From Cystobasidiomycetes sp. EMM_F5 (Eukaryota), in NCBI GenBank assembly GCA_051047955.1, contig JBPGPT010000037.1:1-64000 (forward strand): DNA of 64,000 bases. Direction: 5' to 3'. Shown piece after piece: positions 26,624 through 39,000 of this stretch (its first letter is position 1; each line of letters begins with the position of its first letter). The position numbers and the translations under genes were made by a program. Under the pieces are notes generated by a model. That model saw only the letters and a program-made list of their open reading frames with translations, made no database searches and was not told where the DNA came from.

Positions 26624-28181
26624 ATGCTCCAATCAAGTCTGCGGAATAGCCTGCGCACGGCTTCGTCAGCCTCTGCAATTGCCAAGTCGCGTACTTTTGC
26701 TTCGTCAGCTAGGGCCAGAGCTCTACCGTCTTCTCGTAAGTGAAATGTTAATGTGTGTGTCTGGAGCCTGACTTGTATTGTGCTCTCGCCGTCGCCGAAT
26801 CGACAGTCTTGGAAAAGAAACCGGACGATGTTGTCATCACTTGGGTCAAGCGGACGGCACTGACCAAGGCAAAGAAGGGCGGCTTCCGCGATACGACTCC
26901 CGATACTCTCCTTACAGCCATGATGAGTGGTGCGAAAGATAACGCCGGTTTTGACGTTGGCCTGGTCGAAGACATCGTCGTTGGCACATGTCACCCGCCG
27001 TCACCGTGCTATGAAGCCAGAGCTTCAGCAATGGCAGCAGGCTTCCCTGATCACGTTCCGGTGCAGACACTCAACCGGCTATGTGGATCCGGCTTGATGG
27101 CCATCAGAGCGATATCAGACAGCGTCGCCAGAGGGGACATCGAAATTGGAATGGCGGTTGGCGTAGAGAGCATGACACACTAGTAAGAGTTGTCTCTCGG
27201 TACATGACACCCGTCAATTCATCTACTTAGACTATGTTTGCAGTCCCCGTCCCACACCCGTTTTCAAGAATGAAAAGATTCTGGCAAACGAGGCAGCACT
27301 CGACTGCAGCAAACCCATGGGCTGGACATCAGAGAACGTTGGAAGAGATTTTGGCATCTCTCGTGAAACTATGGACAAGTATGCGACACGGTCACATAAT
27401 CGAGCAGAAGAAGCAACCAAATCTGGCAAGTTTCTTGAAGAGATCTTGCCGGTAAAGACTGTCCAGATCGATGCCACAACTGGTGAAAGCAAAGATGTCG
27501 TGGTTGATAAAGATGATGGCATCCGCTTTGGTTCTACGTATGAAGCCGTTCACAAAGGCCGTGCTGCCTTTCCCGACTGGGGTCAGCTTAGCACGGGCGC
27601 CAATTCATCTCAGGTCACCGATGGTGCAGCAGCTGCATTCATCATGACGCGCAGAAAAGCCGAAGAGCTGGGACTGAAACCCTTGGCACGACACGTCGCT
27701 ACTACGGTCGTTGGGGTCGAGCCCAAACACATGGGCATCGGTCCTGCAGTAGCTATTCCTAAACTTCTCTCCAAGGTAGGCATTTCAAAGGAAGATGTCG
27801 ATTTGTGGGAAATCAATGAGGCTTTTGCGACGATGTACGTGTACTGTGTGGAAAATCTGGGGATTGACCTGGAAAAGGTCAATGTGAACGGAGGCGCTAT
27901 TGCGCTTGGACATCCACTGGGAGCGACTGGTGTGCGGCAAGGTAAGAGCTCGTGTATAGCGAAGGGCGCGCGTAAGCTGATCGAACCTACGATTGAAGTC
28001 GCTACAGGACTGGCAGAATTGGCTCGACGGGATCAGCAAGTATTGTGCACATCGATGGTGAGATCACTTTACGCAGACTTGGGCATCATCAGCTTATACC
28101 TGCTTGCAGTGCATCGGATCTGGTATGGGTGCTGCGGCCATCTTCATCAATGAGGCTGCTGGACACGCGGCAAAGCTGTAA
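26624..28181 (+). CDS. 3-ketoacyl-CoA thiolase with presequence-like N-terminus and C-terminal -AKL
   Basis: EKKPDDVVI, NRLCGSG, NSSQVTDGAAA, EINEAFA, GGAIALGHPLG and SM|CIGSGMGAAA. The last exon reads ...GHAAKL-stop (28179-28181). Confidence 0.93.
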
Positions 28182-28550
28182 AGTCGATGCTGTCCATCGA
28201 ATGTACAAACAGTCTAAACCCGCCCAAAATGGCCAGTGCACGCCAACTTGTCCGTCGTCTCTGTGGAGATGCATGCTGTAACACAATGAGCCGTAGCGCA
28301 GTAGATTGCGCAGTTGACGAATAAACACATCTTTCAAGGGTAGTTCCACCTGCCATTCTGCTTGTGACTGCCTCTGCTCGACGTCTTGTCGTTGGTCGAA
28401 ATTGTTGCCAGTTCGAGCCAAACCTTCGTCGGTACCTTCCTCGGAAGTTCAGCTTTCGCTCCAAGTTACCCCAGCGCAGACGGCCCAACAGCGACCAGCT
28501 CCACCAGGCTACTCCGTATCGACGGCCACAGCGAGAGCACAGCGAGGACA

Positions 28551-29912
28551 ATGTCCTTCGCTCAGAACCCATTCGCCTTGTTGGCAGGTAAATTTTTGAT
28601 GCAACTCGACGTTTTTTCTCTGGGATTTCCTGGAAGAGCGTCAGCAGGAGCACAGCGAGCTGACGGTGCCATACAAACACAGGCCAGGAAGATGGCGACG
28701 TGAGCGACAATGAGCTCCCGAAGCAGTCCAAGCCTGTCCAGGTCGACGCAGCTCCAGCAAAATCTGGCACTGCTGCAACCGGCCGAAATGCGCCAAAGGC
28801 AGCTGGAACTGGCTCAAACCAGCCAAAACGTACCGTGCCAGGTCAAACATCGACAAGACCGCAGAAGGAAGTCTCTGAGCTTCCAGCATCGGACGCACCC
28901 GCTGGATCTGCTGGCCAGTTTGAAGGCGAGCGCGGACGAGACAGCCGAGGAACTGGCTTTGGAAGAGGACGCGGTGGTGCACGCGGTGGCCGTGGTGATA
29001 ACAAGGAGCACAGGCGTGGTGCCGGCGAGCGTCGTGGAGGTCAAGGTGGCCAGGGTCAAAGACTAGACAGGCGGTCTGCCACCGGACGAACGTGAGTTCA
29101 ACGAGACATTAAGACTAGTTGGCAGCACGTTCTCCTGCAAGATCTATCGTGACTTGGGCTTCAAATGCTAATCTTTTCCTAAACAGTGACTCCGAAAAGG
29201 TCGAGCATCAGGCATGGGGAGGCGATGATGGCAAGCGTGAACTCGAGGCCGAGAATGCAGGCGTATCAGACGCAGTCGCCGACAAGACCGCAGCCGACAC
29301 CGAGACTGTCGCACCCGCTGCTGATGGCGCAGCTGCTCCCGCTGCTTCTGATGCCGACAAGGCTGCCGCACCAGAAGTGCCTGCCGAACCCGAGGACAAT
29401 AGCCTCACGTACGAGGAATACCTCAAGCAACAAAAGGCAGCAGGTCGTGGTGCTCTTGACTCGCTCCAAGTCAAGGCCCGTCAAGTAAACGAAGGCCAAG
29501 ACGAGTCACAATGGAAGGATGGCAAGCTTGTCGAGAAGGTTGAGGAGATTGATCTCTACTCTCTCGGTTCCGCAAAGGTATGCCTAGCTTCTTTTGCATC
29601 TCGGACAAATGTCAACTAACAGATCCTTGCAAATGCCTGAAGGACAAGGCTGCTAAGCAGAAGGAACAGAAAGAGCGCAAACAGAAGACTGTACTCGAGA
29701 CCGAGTTCCATACTGCAGGACCCCGCGTCTCCGATCGCGGCGAGCGTGGTGGACGAGGCGGTCGTGGTCGTGGTGAAGGTCGTGGCGCACCGAGAGGGGC
29801 TGGACGAGGTCGCGGTGCAGCAGGTCCTCGCGGCGGACGCGGCGGAGCTCGCACGAACGGTCAGCAAGGTGTCAACCTCGATGACGCCAGTGCTTTCCCG
29901 AGCTTGTCGTAA
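28551..29912 (+). CDS. Stm1/SERBP1 (HABP4_PAI-RBP1) ribosome-associated RGG protein
   Basis: MSFAQNPFALL N-terminus, DRRSATG, LTYEEYL, RGG boxes and C-terminal DDASAFPSLS. Confidence 0.85.
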
Positions 29913-30255
29913 TCGGAAGCATCTCTGGCAGCTGCCCAACGAGCCAAATCTCCCCGCGCAAAATCCGTGTCTTGTCATTTCAGGCTCGACTATACCCTCT
30001 CCTATCCTCAAACGACAGCAGTGCTCTGCCTAGTCCACACGCTTCTTTGCCCGCTTCGTATCTTTGTTTTCGGCGATTGCCTCTTGATTTACAAGAATAA
30101 GCACAACAAGGAGTTACTAAAAGTGCATCGGTCTCGTTGATTCGTATTGTAGCAGCATAGCTTGCCAACCGAATAAACAAAAAGTAGGGTTCATCACGCC
30201 TGGTGCCTTTTCTTTTTGCCTATGACTACGTTCTCCAAGATTCCCCTGCTTGCCA

Positions 30256-33066
30256 TCACGACAGCATTCCGCGAATGTCACTGACATCACCGACTGATGA
30301 TGTAGAGGACAGCGATGCTACAGCAGCTCTGATTCAACCAACACATTAGGCTCGGTAGTCCTGCATGTTGAGGTCAGATTACTGACCTTTGCCCAATATC
30401 CGCAAGCTTGACAACATCCGCTGGGCGAGTCCAGTCCAGCCCGCTGACCATACCAGCCAAAAGCGCTCCTAGCATTGAGTCGCCAGCGCCTACGACGCTC
30501 TCCGTTTTCTCCAGCTTTAATGGTGAAAAGTATTGAATTGTAAGCATGCCTTGCGTGCCTGGAGAGATGACACAGCTCGCTGATGCTGCTACGGACCACT
30601 CTGTTTCAGTCGACGTGCCAATGGGCAGCCTCTGTATGACAAGCAGACCACGTCTTCCAGCCTTGATCCAAAGACAGTCGACAAAAGCCAGAAGGTGCAC
30701 CGCCATCTGCACAATGCCTTCCGATGTCACCCACTCCGGAAAGCGTGTGCGAATCTGATTGCGGAAGATCTCATCAGTCTGAAAGCTGATGAGGGTGTTA
30801 CGAAAATAGGCCGAAGTTTCGAAGAGATCCAAGGAGCGGAGGTGGTCGTATAAGCTTCGCAGCTCAGCGATGTTGGGAGCCATATGCGTCAGGCTGGCAC
30901 GGTCAAATGGGATAGCCTGCAGGAAGCGTAGACTCTTCAGGTTGGAGGTTGGCTCAAACACGCCTACAAGTATATAGTCAATGTTGCGAATTAGCAGACT
31001 ACGTATATCATTCTGCCTTACTGGGAACAGACTTCATACTGCAATACCGCAAAAGATCGCTGATCGTCTCGACGGCAATGTTGCCATCGAAAGCAACAAT
31101 CTTCGGCTTGAAGACTTCCAAGCTGTCGGTAACCTTTTAAACAGGTAAGGTCTTTTGTCTTCCCAGACTATCAAGCAAAAATGGCCTACCTGCTGGCCTG
31201 TCATAGCCTCCGCTGAACTCATGTCGGCAACACCAGCCAGCAAATCTCCAGCTTCATCCAGCATCATGTTGACCGTGGGTGTCCGGCCTGGCATAACGAC
31301 AAGGCCATCTTCTCTTCCACCGAACCCAGCCAATCCCTGACGCAAGAGATGCGCCAGTGGATCCTGTTCTTCACGTCCAACAGGCGCCACCAGCACAGCA
31401 TCCTCTACTCCGCACTTGAAGGCCGCTTCATACACATTGCGCGATACTCCGCCGGGTGTGAAAGCCACCGTTCCTGGAGCAGTTGTATGGGCGTTGGGTC
31501 CACCCGGCCGTGACACGATGTCTATGGCAGCTGCTCCTACGATAGCGAGTCTAGCTGGACCTTGAGCAGCCGCTGCCGCCTTAGTCCATCGGTTCTCGGC
31601 GCTCGGAAGTCCTGACGGCGCCGGCCTGGGCAGGGAGCCCTTCACTGTCGCTCCATCAGCCGCTGCTCAGTCTAGAGTCTCAATTTCGTCACTCACACTG
31701 GATGAACTTGACGACTGCAGTGACGCCAACTCGACGGCTATGCTAGCACCAACTTTGGCGTTGTTTTCGATCAGAGCGATGTCTGTGGCCAAACGCATTC
31801 AGCTCGACGTCCATGAAGCAAACGCCCTGAAGCGCACTGCTCTCTACGCTCTCGCCGCCAGTCAATTCCTTGACTTTAGCTAGGATCCAAGGCGTTACCT
31901 CCTTGCCACGCTTAGCGACACCATCAATCTCTGCAGCCCTAATCGCGTCTTCGACAGCTTTCTGTATGGCTGATGACTTCTGCTCATATGCTTCTGGAAT
32001 CGGTACACCAATGAGCACGCCCGTTTGTGCATTGAATATGTTGGAGTAGTCTGCGGGAAGCATTTGTCAAGGTGCAGTTCATAAGCAGGGTATGTGGCTA
32101 TACAAACTTATCAACTCGGCTGCTTCCCTCGCTGTGCGAACATGCGATGGCGAATGAAAACCAGACTTTCTCGCGTAAAATGCGGGGAAATCATTTGTTG
32201 GTCCAAATGTCGTGACGGTGACGCCTAGCGTTTCCTGTAGCAATCGTGTGAGCCATGGCGGGTACGTGTAATAAGCAGGCGTGCTGACGAGATATTCTAG
32301 AGTGAGGCCAATATCAAGGATTGACTTGGCTCCTGCGCAGACTACTGCGACCGGAGTTCGCCCCAGTTCGGTCAAATCTGATGATATGTCCATTGCTGAC
32401 GGCAAAGACGCGTCAATGAATGCCTAAAAAGAGAGATGATGGTCGATCCTCACTTTCCTGTGCTCCGCGATGAACGCCGCTGTGTAGTCAGACTGTTAGT
32501 ATCATGCTCGACTTTGCTTCGACAGACTTACCCGATACCCCTAGCATTTGGCTTCTGGTCAAATCGATGCTCTAGCACGTGTAATAGTATAGTACGTACC
32601 CAGTAACAAACACGTCAATCCCTGCCATATGACTGAGAAAGCTAGTCGCCGAGACTGTTGTTCCGCCGTCGACCTTGTGAACCAGAGCGGGAGCAATATC
32701 TCTTCGTCCAACCTTCCATTTGCCTCTGCATTGGCTGTCTGGGTTTGCGAGTCTTTCGATTTCTTGCTCGTTTAGCCCAATCTTGACTTTTCCATCGATA
32801 AGCCCGATAGTCGCGGGCACGGCACCGCGTTGTCGAATGATATCCTCCAAAGTCTTTGCGACGCTGATAGCCTGTCCGTATGGCAGACCGTGCGTCGTTA
32901 TCGCAGTCTCGAGCGATACTACGGGAAGCTTTCGGTGAAGCGCGTCTGCAACTTCGGGGGAAATGTCAACATGCTGGCTCAGTCCAGACGATTTCAACTG
33001 CTGCAGTGCAGAAGCTGAGCGGCAGCGGGCAGAATACTGGAGTAGACGCAGCGAAGAAGTGCGCAT
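30256..33066 (-). CDS. Bifunctional pseudouridine-5'-phosphate glycosidase (PsuG/IndA) fused to a PfkB-type pseudouridine kinase
   Basis: PVVSLETAITTHGLPY, GGTTVSAT, VTG|GIG|GVHRG, DISSDLTEL, GAKSILDI and GKEVTPWIL, then the PfkB motifs TPGGVSRN and VGAGDS. Confidence 0.9.
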
Positions 33067-33248
33067 GGCTTGAGAAAGTGTGCAAGAGCAAAGTGGTAAA
33101 GAAAGAATGCCCTTCAAGTAATTATATGGACTTCGATTACCCGAACCGATACTCGTTGTGTACAGGTTTCAACAGGCCCTTCAACGCACTGGCCTTACGT
33201 TGGACTACTCATACACCTGTCTGATACGTGCAATTCCATCTTCCTCGG

Positions 33249-33851
33249 TCACTTGTCGGGCGTTGGGGCGCTTGTTGAAGCATGCGGCTGCGAGATTATA
33301 CTCAGCCACGAGCGATGCGCCTTCGACAGTGTCGTGTAGGCAAGCATTGTTCCTACCGTAAAGTATTCCCATTGTCCAGGCAATGGCTTTGTCTTCAGGT
33401 CTTCCCATCTGCGTTCCCTCCAACGTCAGTATAGCAACTAAGCTATAGTTCACGGCTGTCGCCCTCACGATTTCCATTCTGCCATCTTGTCAACCAGTGA
33501 CCTCTCGCTCTCTGCGGCCTTGATGAGCGATTCCGCAATACCCTGTCCAATTTCCTTTTCGACGGCAGTGATGGCTTCCTCGCCGCCTTGGGCGCCATCT
33601 GATCCAGCGTGCTTTTCGACAATCGCGATACGGTGCTGGGTGATGGCTTCTGTGCTCTGCCTGTAGACGACACCAGCGGGAATCTTGCTCGACAGGGCCC
33701 CCAGTGTGCTTCGATAGATGTCGAGCAGTGTCGGCAGTGGATTTGGATGCACAGGCAGCCCGTGAAGGCCAGTAGTCATCTTGGCCCCGCGTCGGCCTAC
33801 ACCATACGCTGGCACAGCAGAAGCTTGGTACAGTCGCAGTGCAGCTCGCAT
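33249..33851 (-). CDS. NDUFA5: Complex I accessory subunit NDUFA5 (NUFM/B13)
   Basis: TTGLHGLPVHPNP, VYRQSTEAIT, EIGQGIAE and WK|.WE..P.PGQW. The last exon is inferred. Confidence 0.88.
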
Positions 33852-34067
33852 GGTCTGGGCTGGTCAAGTTGGATGGGAGGTGAGCAAGTAGTCGATGGTA
33901 ACAGTAATGTCCAGATAGGTACCATACAAGTATACCAGTCTGCATTGAGAAGACTGCTTCTCATACTATTACACAATCGCAGCGGCGCAGAACCACCACC
34001 AGGTTATACGCTGCTAAACTACTCTACGCCCAAGGCATCTCATGCCTCGACGTATGATGCTGCAATC

Positions 34068-34977
34068 TTATTCCTCCGCGACCTGCGATACCTGTGTCAA
34101 GGGACTGTCCCAAGATCTCTTTTTGAAGAATGCTTTCCGTCGCTCTTCCCGCTCTTCAGTCGACAGGCTCTGCTTCCCATTGCCGAGTATTTGACCCCCG
34201 GCCATGTCAAACGAACCAATCAGGCCACCAAGCAGCTACAAGCAGGAATCAAGAGTCAGCTTGCGTCCAGTAAAATCAACAAGGATCGTCTTGTTGCTGC
34301 CTCTCAAGAGATGTTTGCCCACTCACCGCGCACCCGCCAAACGCTGCTGGTAAGGAACCCTTTCGCACGCCCATCAGGAATCCTGCTGCGCATCCTCCTC
34401 TATATAATTCAATGTTTCAGGAATAAGTATACATAGACTGAGCGTGCGCAACCTGGAACCCACACTGCCCCGTTTAAAGCATCATCCGTATTGCGAACGT
34501 TCGCCATGGTTGCATCAACATATGTAAAGATGGCAGCCATGCCGCCTACACAGAAGAAGTATCCAGTGATTAGCCTGTATCTTTGTCGCCCTGCCGAAAC
34601 TCAGCGGTCCTCACCAAACAAGCCTATAGTTCCGCCTGTTCTCGTCAAGACACCCAATGCTCCCTGCTTGTGCTGTTTGCCGACGAACAAAGAACGGGAA
34701 TCAGTTTGTGCAAGAAGTAAGGCTGAGACCATGCCATGCGCGCTCACCTTTTGTACGGAGTTTTGCACGCTCGACACTAACAGCCCGACGCCAGCTCCTT
34801 GCAGGCCAGATGTGAATGCAGACCCGACGGGCGTCTGTGGGCCGAGCAAAGATACCGTTAGGACACAACCATGTCGCAGAATGTCGAGTCCTTTCATAGG
34901 CCTCATTGACATACCCTGGCCGTAAAAGTAGCATCTCCGGTCGAGGCAGGGTGAGACGGCCCATCTGCAGTGGTCAT
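34068..34977 (-). CDS. NDUFA11: Tim17-family complex I accessory subunit NDUFA11 (NUJM/21.3b)-like
   Basis: GAGVGLLVSSVQN, GALGVLTRTGGTI, ANVRNTDDALNGAV|GGCAAGF and ERRKAFFK; small Gly-rich transmembrane exons. Confidence 0.78.
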
Positions 34978-35534
34978 GGTTGGCAGCACGGGTCTACCAG
35001 ACGACAGCAGGATAGTCCCGAATGTGACAGCGGATCCAGACTGTGCAGTATTTCCGAAGCTCTGCAACGTAGCAAACCAGCTGCTATTCGAATAATGATC
35101 GACTCCGACGAGCTTGTGAGATGCAAGAAGAGCAAGCAGAAGCTGCTAAGTTACATCATGCGTAACGTTTCTACACAATCAGGAGCGAATTGAGTTTCGG
35201 AGTTTACCAATCCAGCGCTTTCATGTGAATAAAGAGACTTAACGACGGCTGTATTAGCAAGCATACTAGCAACGTATTCGAGATTCTGTTCCGCCGTTAT
35301 AGATCCTCTCCTAAGTCTACTGCGTGTTAAAAGACTGACTGACTTCTCTTACGGAAGGACTAAGATTAAAACCGAATAAAAGGGCATAGCAAACATTCGT
35401 TCTTGAGGAAACGTGCAGAGCATAGCAGATAGATCTGTCACCGACGTCAAGAGGCCTTGAAGAAAGAGAAAGAAGGTCACAGGGCGTAATTTGAAGTAAC
35501 GCGGCTTCATTGTCCATGTTCCGTTGCAGAACGA

Positions 35535-38500
35535 TCACTGGTGTGCGGCCTCGACATGCATCAAGTCTGGCGGAATGCCGCTAGTCGTTGCTGATGCTGC
35601 TGCAGTAGCCTGCCGTTCTTGCGAGCGTGTTTGATATGCAGATGATGGTGGTTGTGGCATACTCGTAGGCTGTTCGGCCCGCGCGGGGTAATCAGGAATA
35701 CTCTGCGGAGTGGCAGAAGCGTATGTGAGGCCTTCATCTGTTTTCGACGTAGGGGGATATTGCGTACTGGGAGTACTAGCGGAAGGTGTAGGCAGTGGTG
35801 ATCTCAAGTCATCGTCGCCATTAATCGCCTCTTCGCCTGGAGGTGTTTGACCCGGTTTCCAACCAATGGGCTGTGGTGGTATACATCCTCCCGCAGCCAT
35901 ATCCTGGGGTGTCAGGAAGGACGCAGAGTATTTGCTGATGATTTTCCGCAAGGCGGGTCCAAGTATCTTCCATGGAAAGACCTTTACGTCCTTTTCGATA
36001 TTGCGGGGTTTGGGATTTGGAAAACTCATTATCAGATTGAAAAAGCCGCCGCTATCAATCTTTGTCTTGGATACGGTGATTGGTTTGAAGCCTTCCAGAT
36101 TGCGACGAATACGATTCTTCTCCTCGACCGTAAATCGGACAGCGACAAGAGCTTCCAAGAGATAGATTGTGTCGACCGATGTTACAAAACATTCGTTCTT
36201 GTCTTCTCGAAAGATGCAGGAAATAACGATCGTCTCAGGTGTGACTTCATTAAGACCTATCGGTCGGAATGTCGAGGTAATAACGTTGCCATCTTGCTTG
36301 CGCCAGAATCTGACCAAACGTCGCTTTACTAGCCATTCGTCGTGGCTCCATCCAATAGCCATGAGGTTTGGATCGCTATCAAACTGCAAGACCGCCTTGG
36401 TCGTCATGCTCACATACGTTGGTGATCCGGGCTGCCCGTCAGAGCCCGTCGGGATCTGCGAGGAGCGATAAAGGTGGGGAACGTTCTCTGTTGTCCGTTC
36501 AATCGGCGGATGACGTAGAGCAGAGGAGGATGGCGTAGAGGTAGGAAGAGCTGAAGGTGCTCTCAATCGCACAATGGCCTTTCTTTCTGCTGAATCCACA
36601 GGTTCTGCTGGGCTGGGCCACATGGACGCGGCCGAATTACCCGATTCTGAAGCTGTAGCTGCAAGATGAGCAGAAGCAGGAGCAGGATGTGCGTAGTGCG
36701 GATGTGGATCGTAACCTATAGCTGCTTCTGATGAGGCACTCGCCAAACTAGCCATGCCCGCTAGCGAGTTGTGTCTGGAATGCGGGTCGGGCTGGAGATG
36801 TGCTGCTCCGTTGATGACTGAGGATATGCTCGAGTTGCGCGAGTGAGCGTGTGGAGAGTTGTGCTGATGCTCTCGCTTTAGTCTCCTGCCCGGCGGCGGA
36901 TACTGGAAGCTGTTACTGGCTGATGGATCCTGAGCGTAGTAGACTTGGCTCGAGGTCGCGCTGCCAATGTTTGGATCAAATGGCGGTCTGACAGGCTGGG
37001 TCGGCGACTCGCGGACGTGCATCAGAGGCGATCCTGGCCGCTTCCCACCGCTCCTCGTCTGGGGCGAGTAGGGCGACTGCGGCGAGTCTGCCCATGCATC
37101 GTCCAGTAGATGACCGCCCAAGGATGCATCGAAAGCGGAGAAGGTGAGATGAGGTTGCGCCGACATGGGCGGGAGTTAGGGTGAGTGGGCGAGGGTACGC
37201 AGCGCGGACAGAGAGTCAGAGGGGGGAGTGCGAAAATAGGGGTAATGGAGGATGGAAAACACGGCAGGGGAGAGACAGACCGTTCAACGGTTCAACACAT
37301 GTCCAGGGATCAGCAGTGATTATGTCAGCGTATTTCCGGTGGATGACATAAGCAGGTATCCACTGACCGACGTAGGTAAACGACCCAATCTCCGCCCAGT
37401 CGATGGGAACGCCGTGCTCGTCGAGAGCCTGCAGGGTGAGCGGCAGGTGGGGAGTGGGCGAGTGGTACCGACTGGGCGCAGTGGCAGCGAGCGGAGGCGT
37501 GCTTGCGACCAGCTCAACACGCTCACCGCCGTCGGAGAGGTGGTACTCCTCGACCACTCTCGTCGTCGTGCCGTACGCCCCAAACATGACCCGGAACCCA
37601 CGAATGAGATGAGGCTCGTGCGGCACAATATGGATGAACACATGGACTGGGGTATCGACGTTACCCGCTGTCGGGTAGGCAGAATAGACTTGGATAATCT
37701 GCTGAGCAGAGACGGATAGCGGCGGAGCACTCCAAGCAGCCACTACTGGCGTACCGACCTGTGGAGACTGTAGTGACGTGTCGACGTGCAACGGTATAGG
37801 CTGAGAATGGCTACTTTCACCAGTCATTGGCGGAGACATCATCTCTCCAGAATGCGACATTCCAATTCCCGCCGAGGACGGCGGCAACGACGACATGTCG
37901 AGCGATACTGTCCGACTGTGCGGATATTGGTGGACGGATCCGCCCTCTTGACGCCATTGCTGTCCGGCGGGAATATTCTGATCAAAGCCGTCCTGCGGAT
38001 GAATGATGGCCAGTCCATTAGGAACAGAGGAACGGAGATGCGAGTGGGTATGGCTTGGGTGCTGTTGTGGAGCCAAAGCGTATCCCTCGGTATGCAGGTT
38101 CGGATCGGCCGCATGATAGGCGACGAGGTCTGGCATAGATGTACTACGCACAGACAGCGGCGACGTTGGTGAAGATTGATGTGGCGAGACGTACGGATTC
38201 AAGAGCGTTGGGAGCATAGAGTAGGATGATGCATGCGGCGAGTGTAGTGCTGACGAAGGCTGCAGGGGGTGACCAGGGAACCCAGGCTGTGTCGGAGATA
38301 CATATGGCTGCTGCGTAGGCGATACGTGCTGTTGGTGCTGGTGATGATGTTCTTGATATTGTTCCATTTCAGAGGCATTGTAAGGTATTGTGCTCGTGCT
38401 CGCTTCGACAGAGCGGATGTATACAGGCGCAGGTATCTGATCCTGCATAGGATAGTTGACAACGGGAGAAACGCCAGCGCTGCCGGCGCTGCTCATGGAC

Positions 38501-39000
38501 GATCGACCGCCATTCATGTGATGCGATGTTGAGACAAGACCTTGAGCGGATAAATTGCTGAAAGAACGATGGTGTCGGTATCGCGAGGATGAACTGTTTG
38601 GCGGGCCCATATCCGAGTCTTGGGAAGCATGATTGTGCATTGTTGGTGTTTGCAAACGCTCTTGGGACATAGATGAAGACGCAGAATGCTGCAACAGCGA
38701 TGCTTGAGGATCCGATGGAAAGAAATGAGGGTATCGGGTATTATCAGGCATTGCCGCATCGTGCTGTTGTGGAGGGTTATAATTCGCTTCGTCGATGCCG
38801 TGCTCTGGGAAGATCTGTGCATTTTGTAGATTTGCTACGTTTGTGCCAGTGCTCGCTTGAGCCGCTGGAGTTGGCGTTACTGAATGGCTCTCATCGTCTT
38901 GACCTTGCTGCCGTTGAGTATCTCCGTGCGCAACCTGGAAATGAGCTCCACTGACCGCTTCAACGTCTGACCACCGGAATCCGTCAACATCGGAGTCCAT
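35535..39000 (-). CDS. medA: MedA/Medusa-like developmental regulator (one 280-nt intron, 37088-37367)
   Basis: C-terminal conserved block RRLVRFWR...ISCI...VTSVDTIYLLE...FTVEEKNRIRRNLEGFKP...FPNPKPRNIEKDVKVFPW. The two long ORFs join in frame (FTYV-G|AC = D-SPQ). Confidence 0.88.

Noticed and set aside
7531..29912. Apparent cluster of RNA-metabolism genes (Ngl, TMA20, NRDE2, PRP2, STM1)
   Set aside because: A large functional class interspersed with unrelated genes; no shared motif seen.
33609..34436. 275-aa plus-strand ORF
   Set aside because: Antisense to NDUFA5 and NDUFA11, non-ATG start, no recognisable motif.
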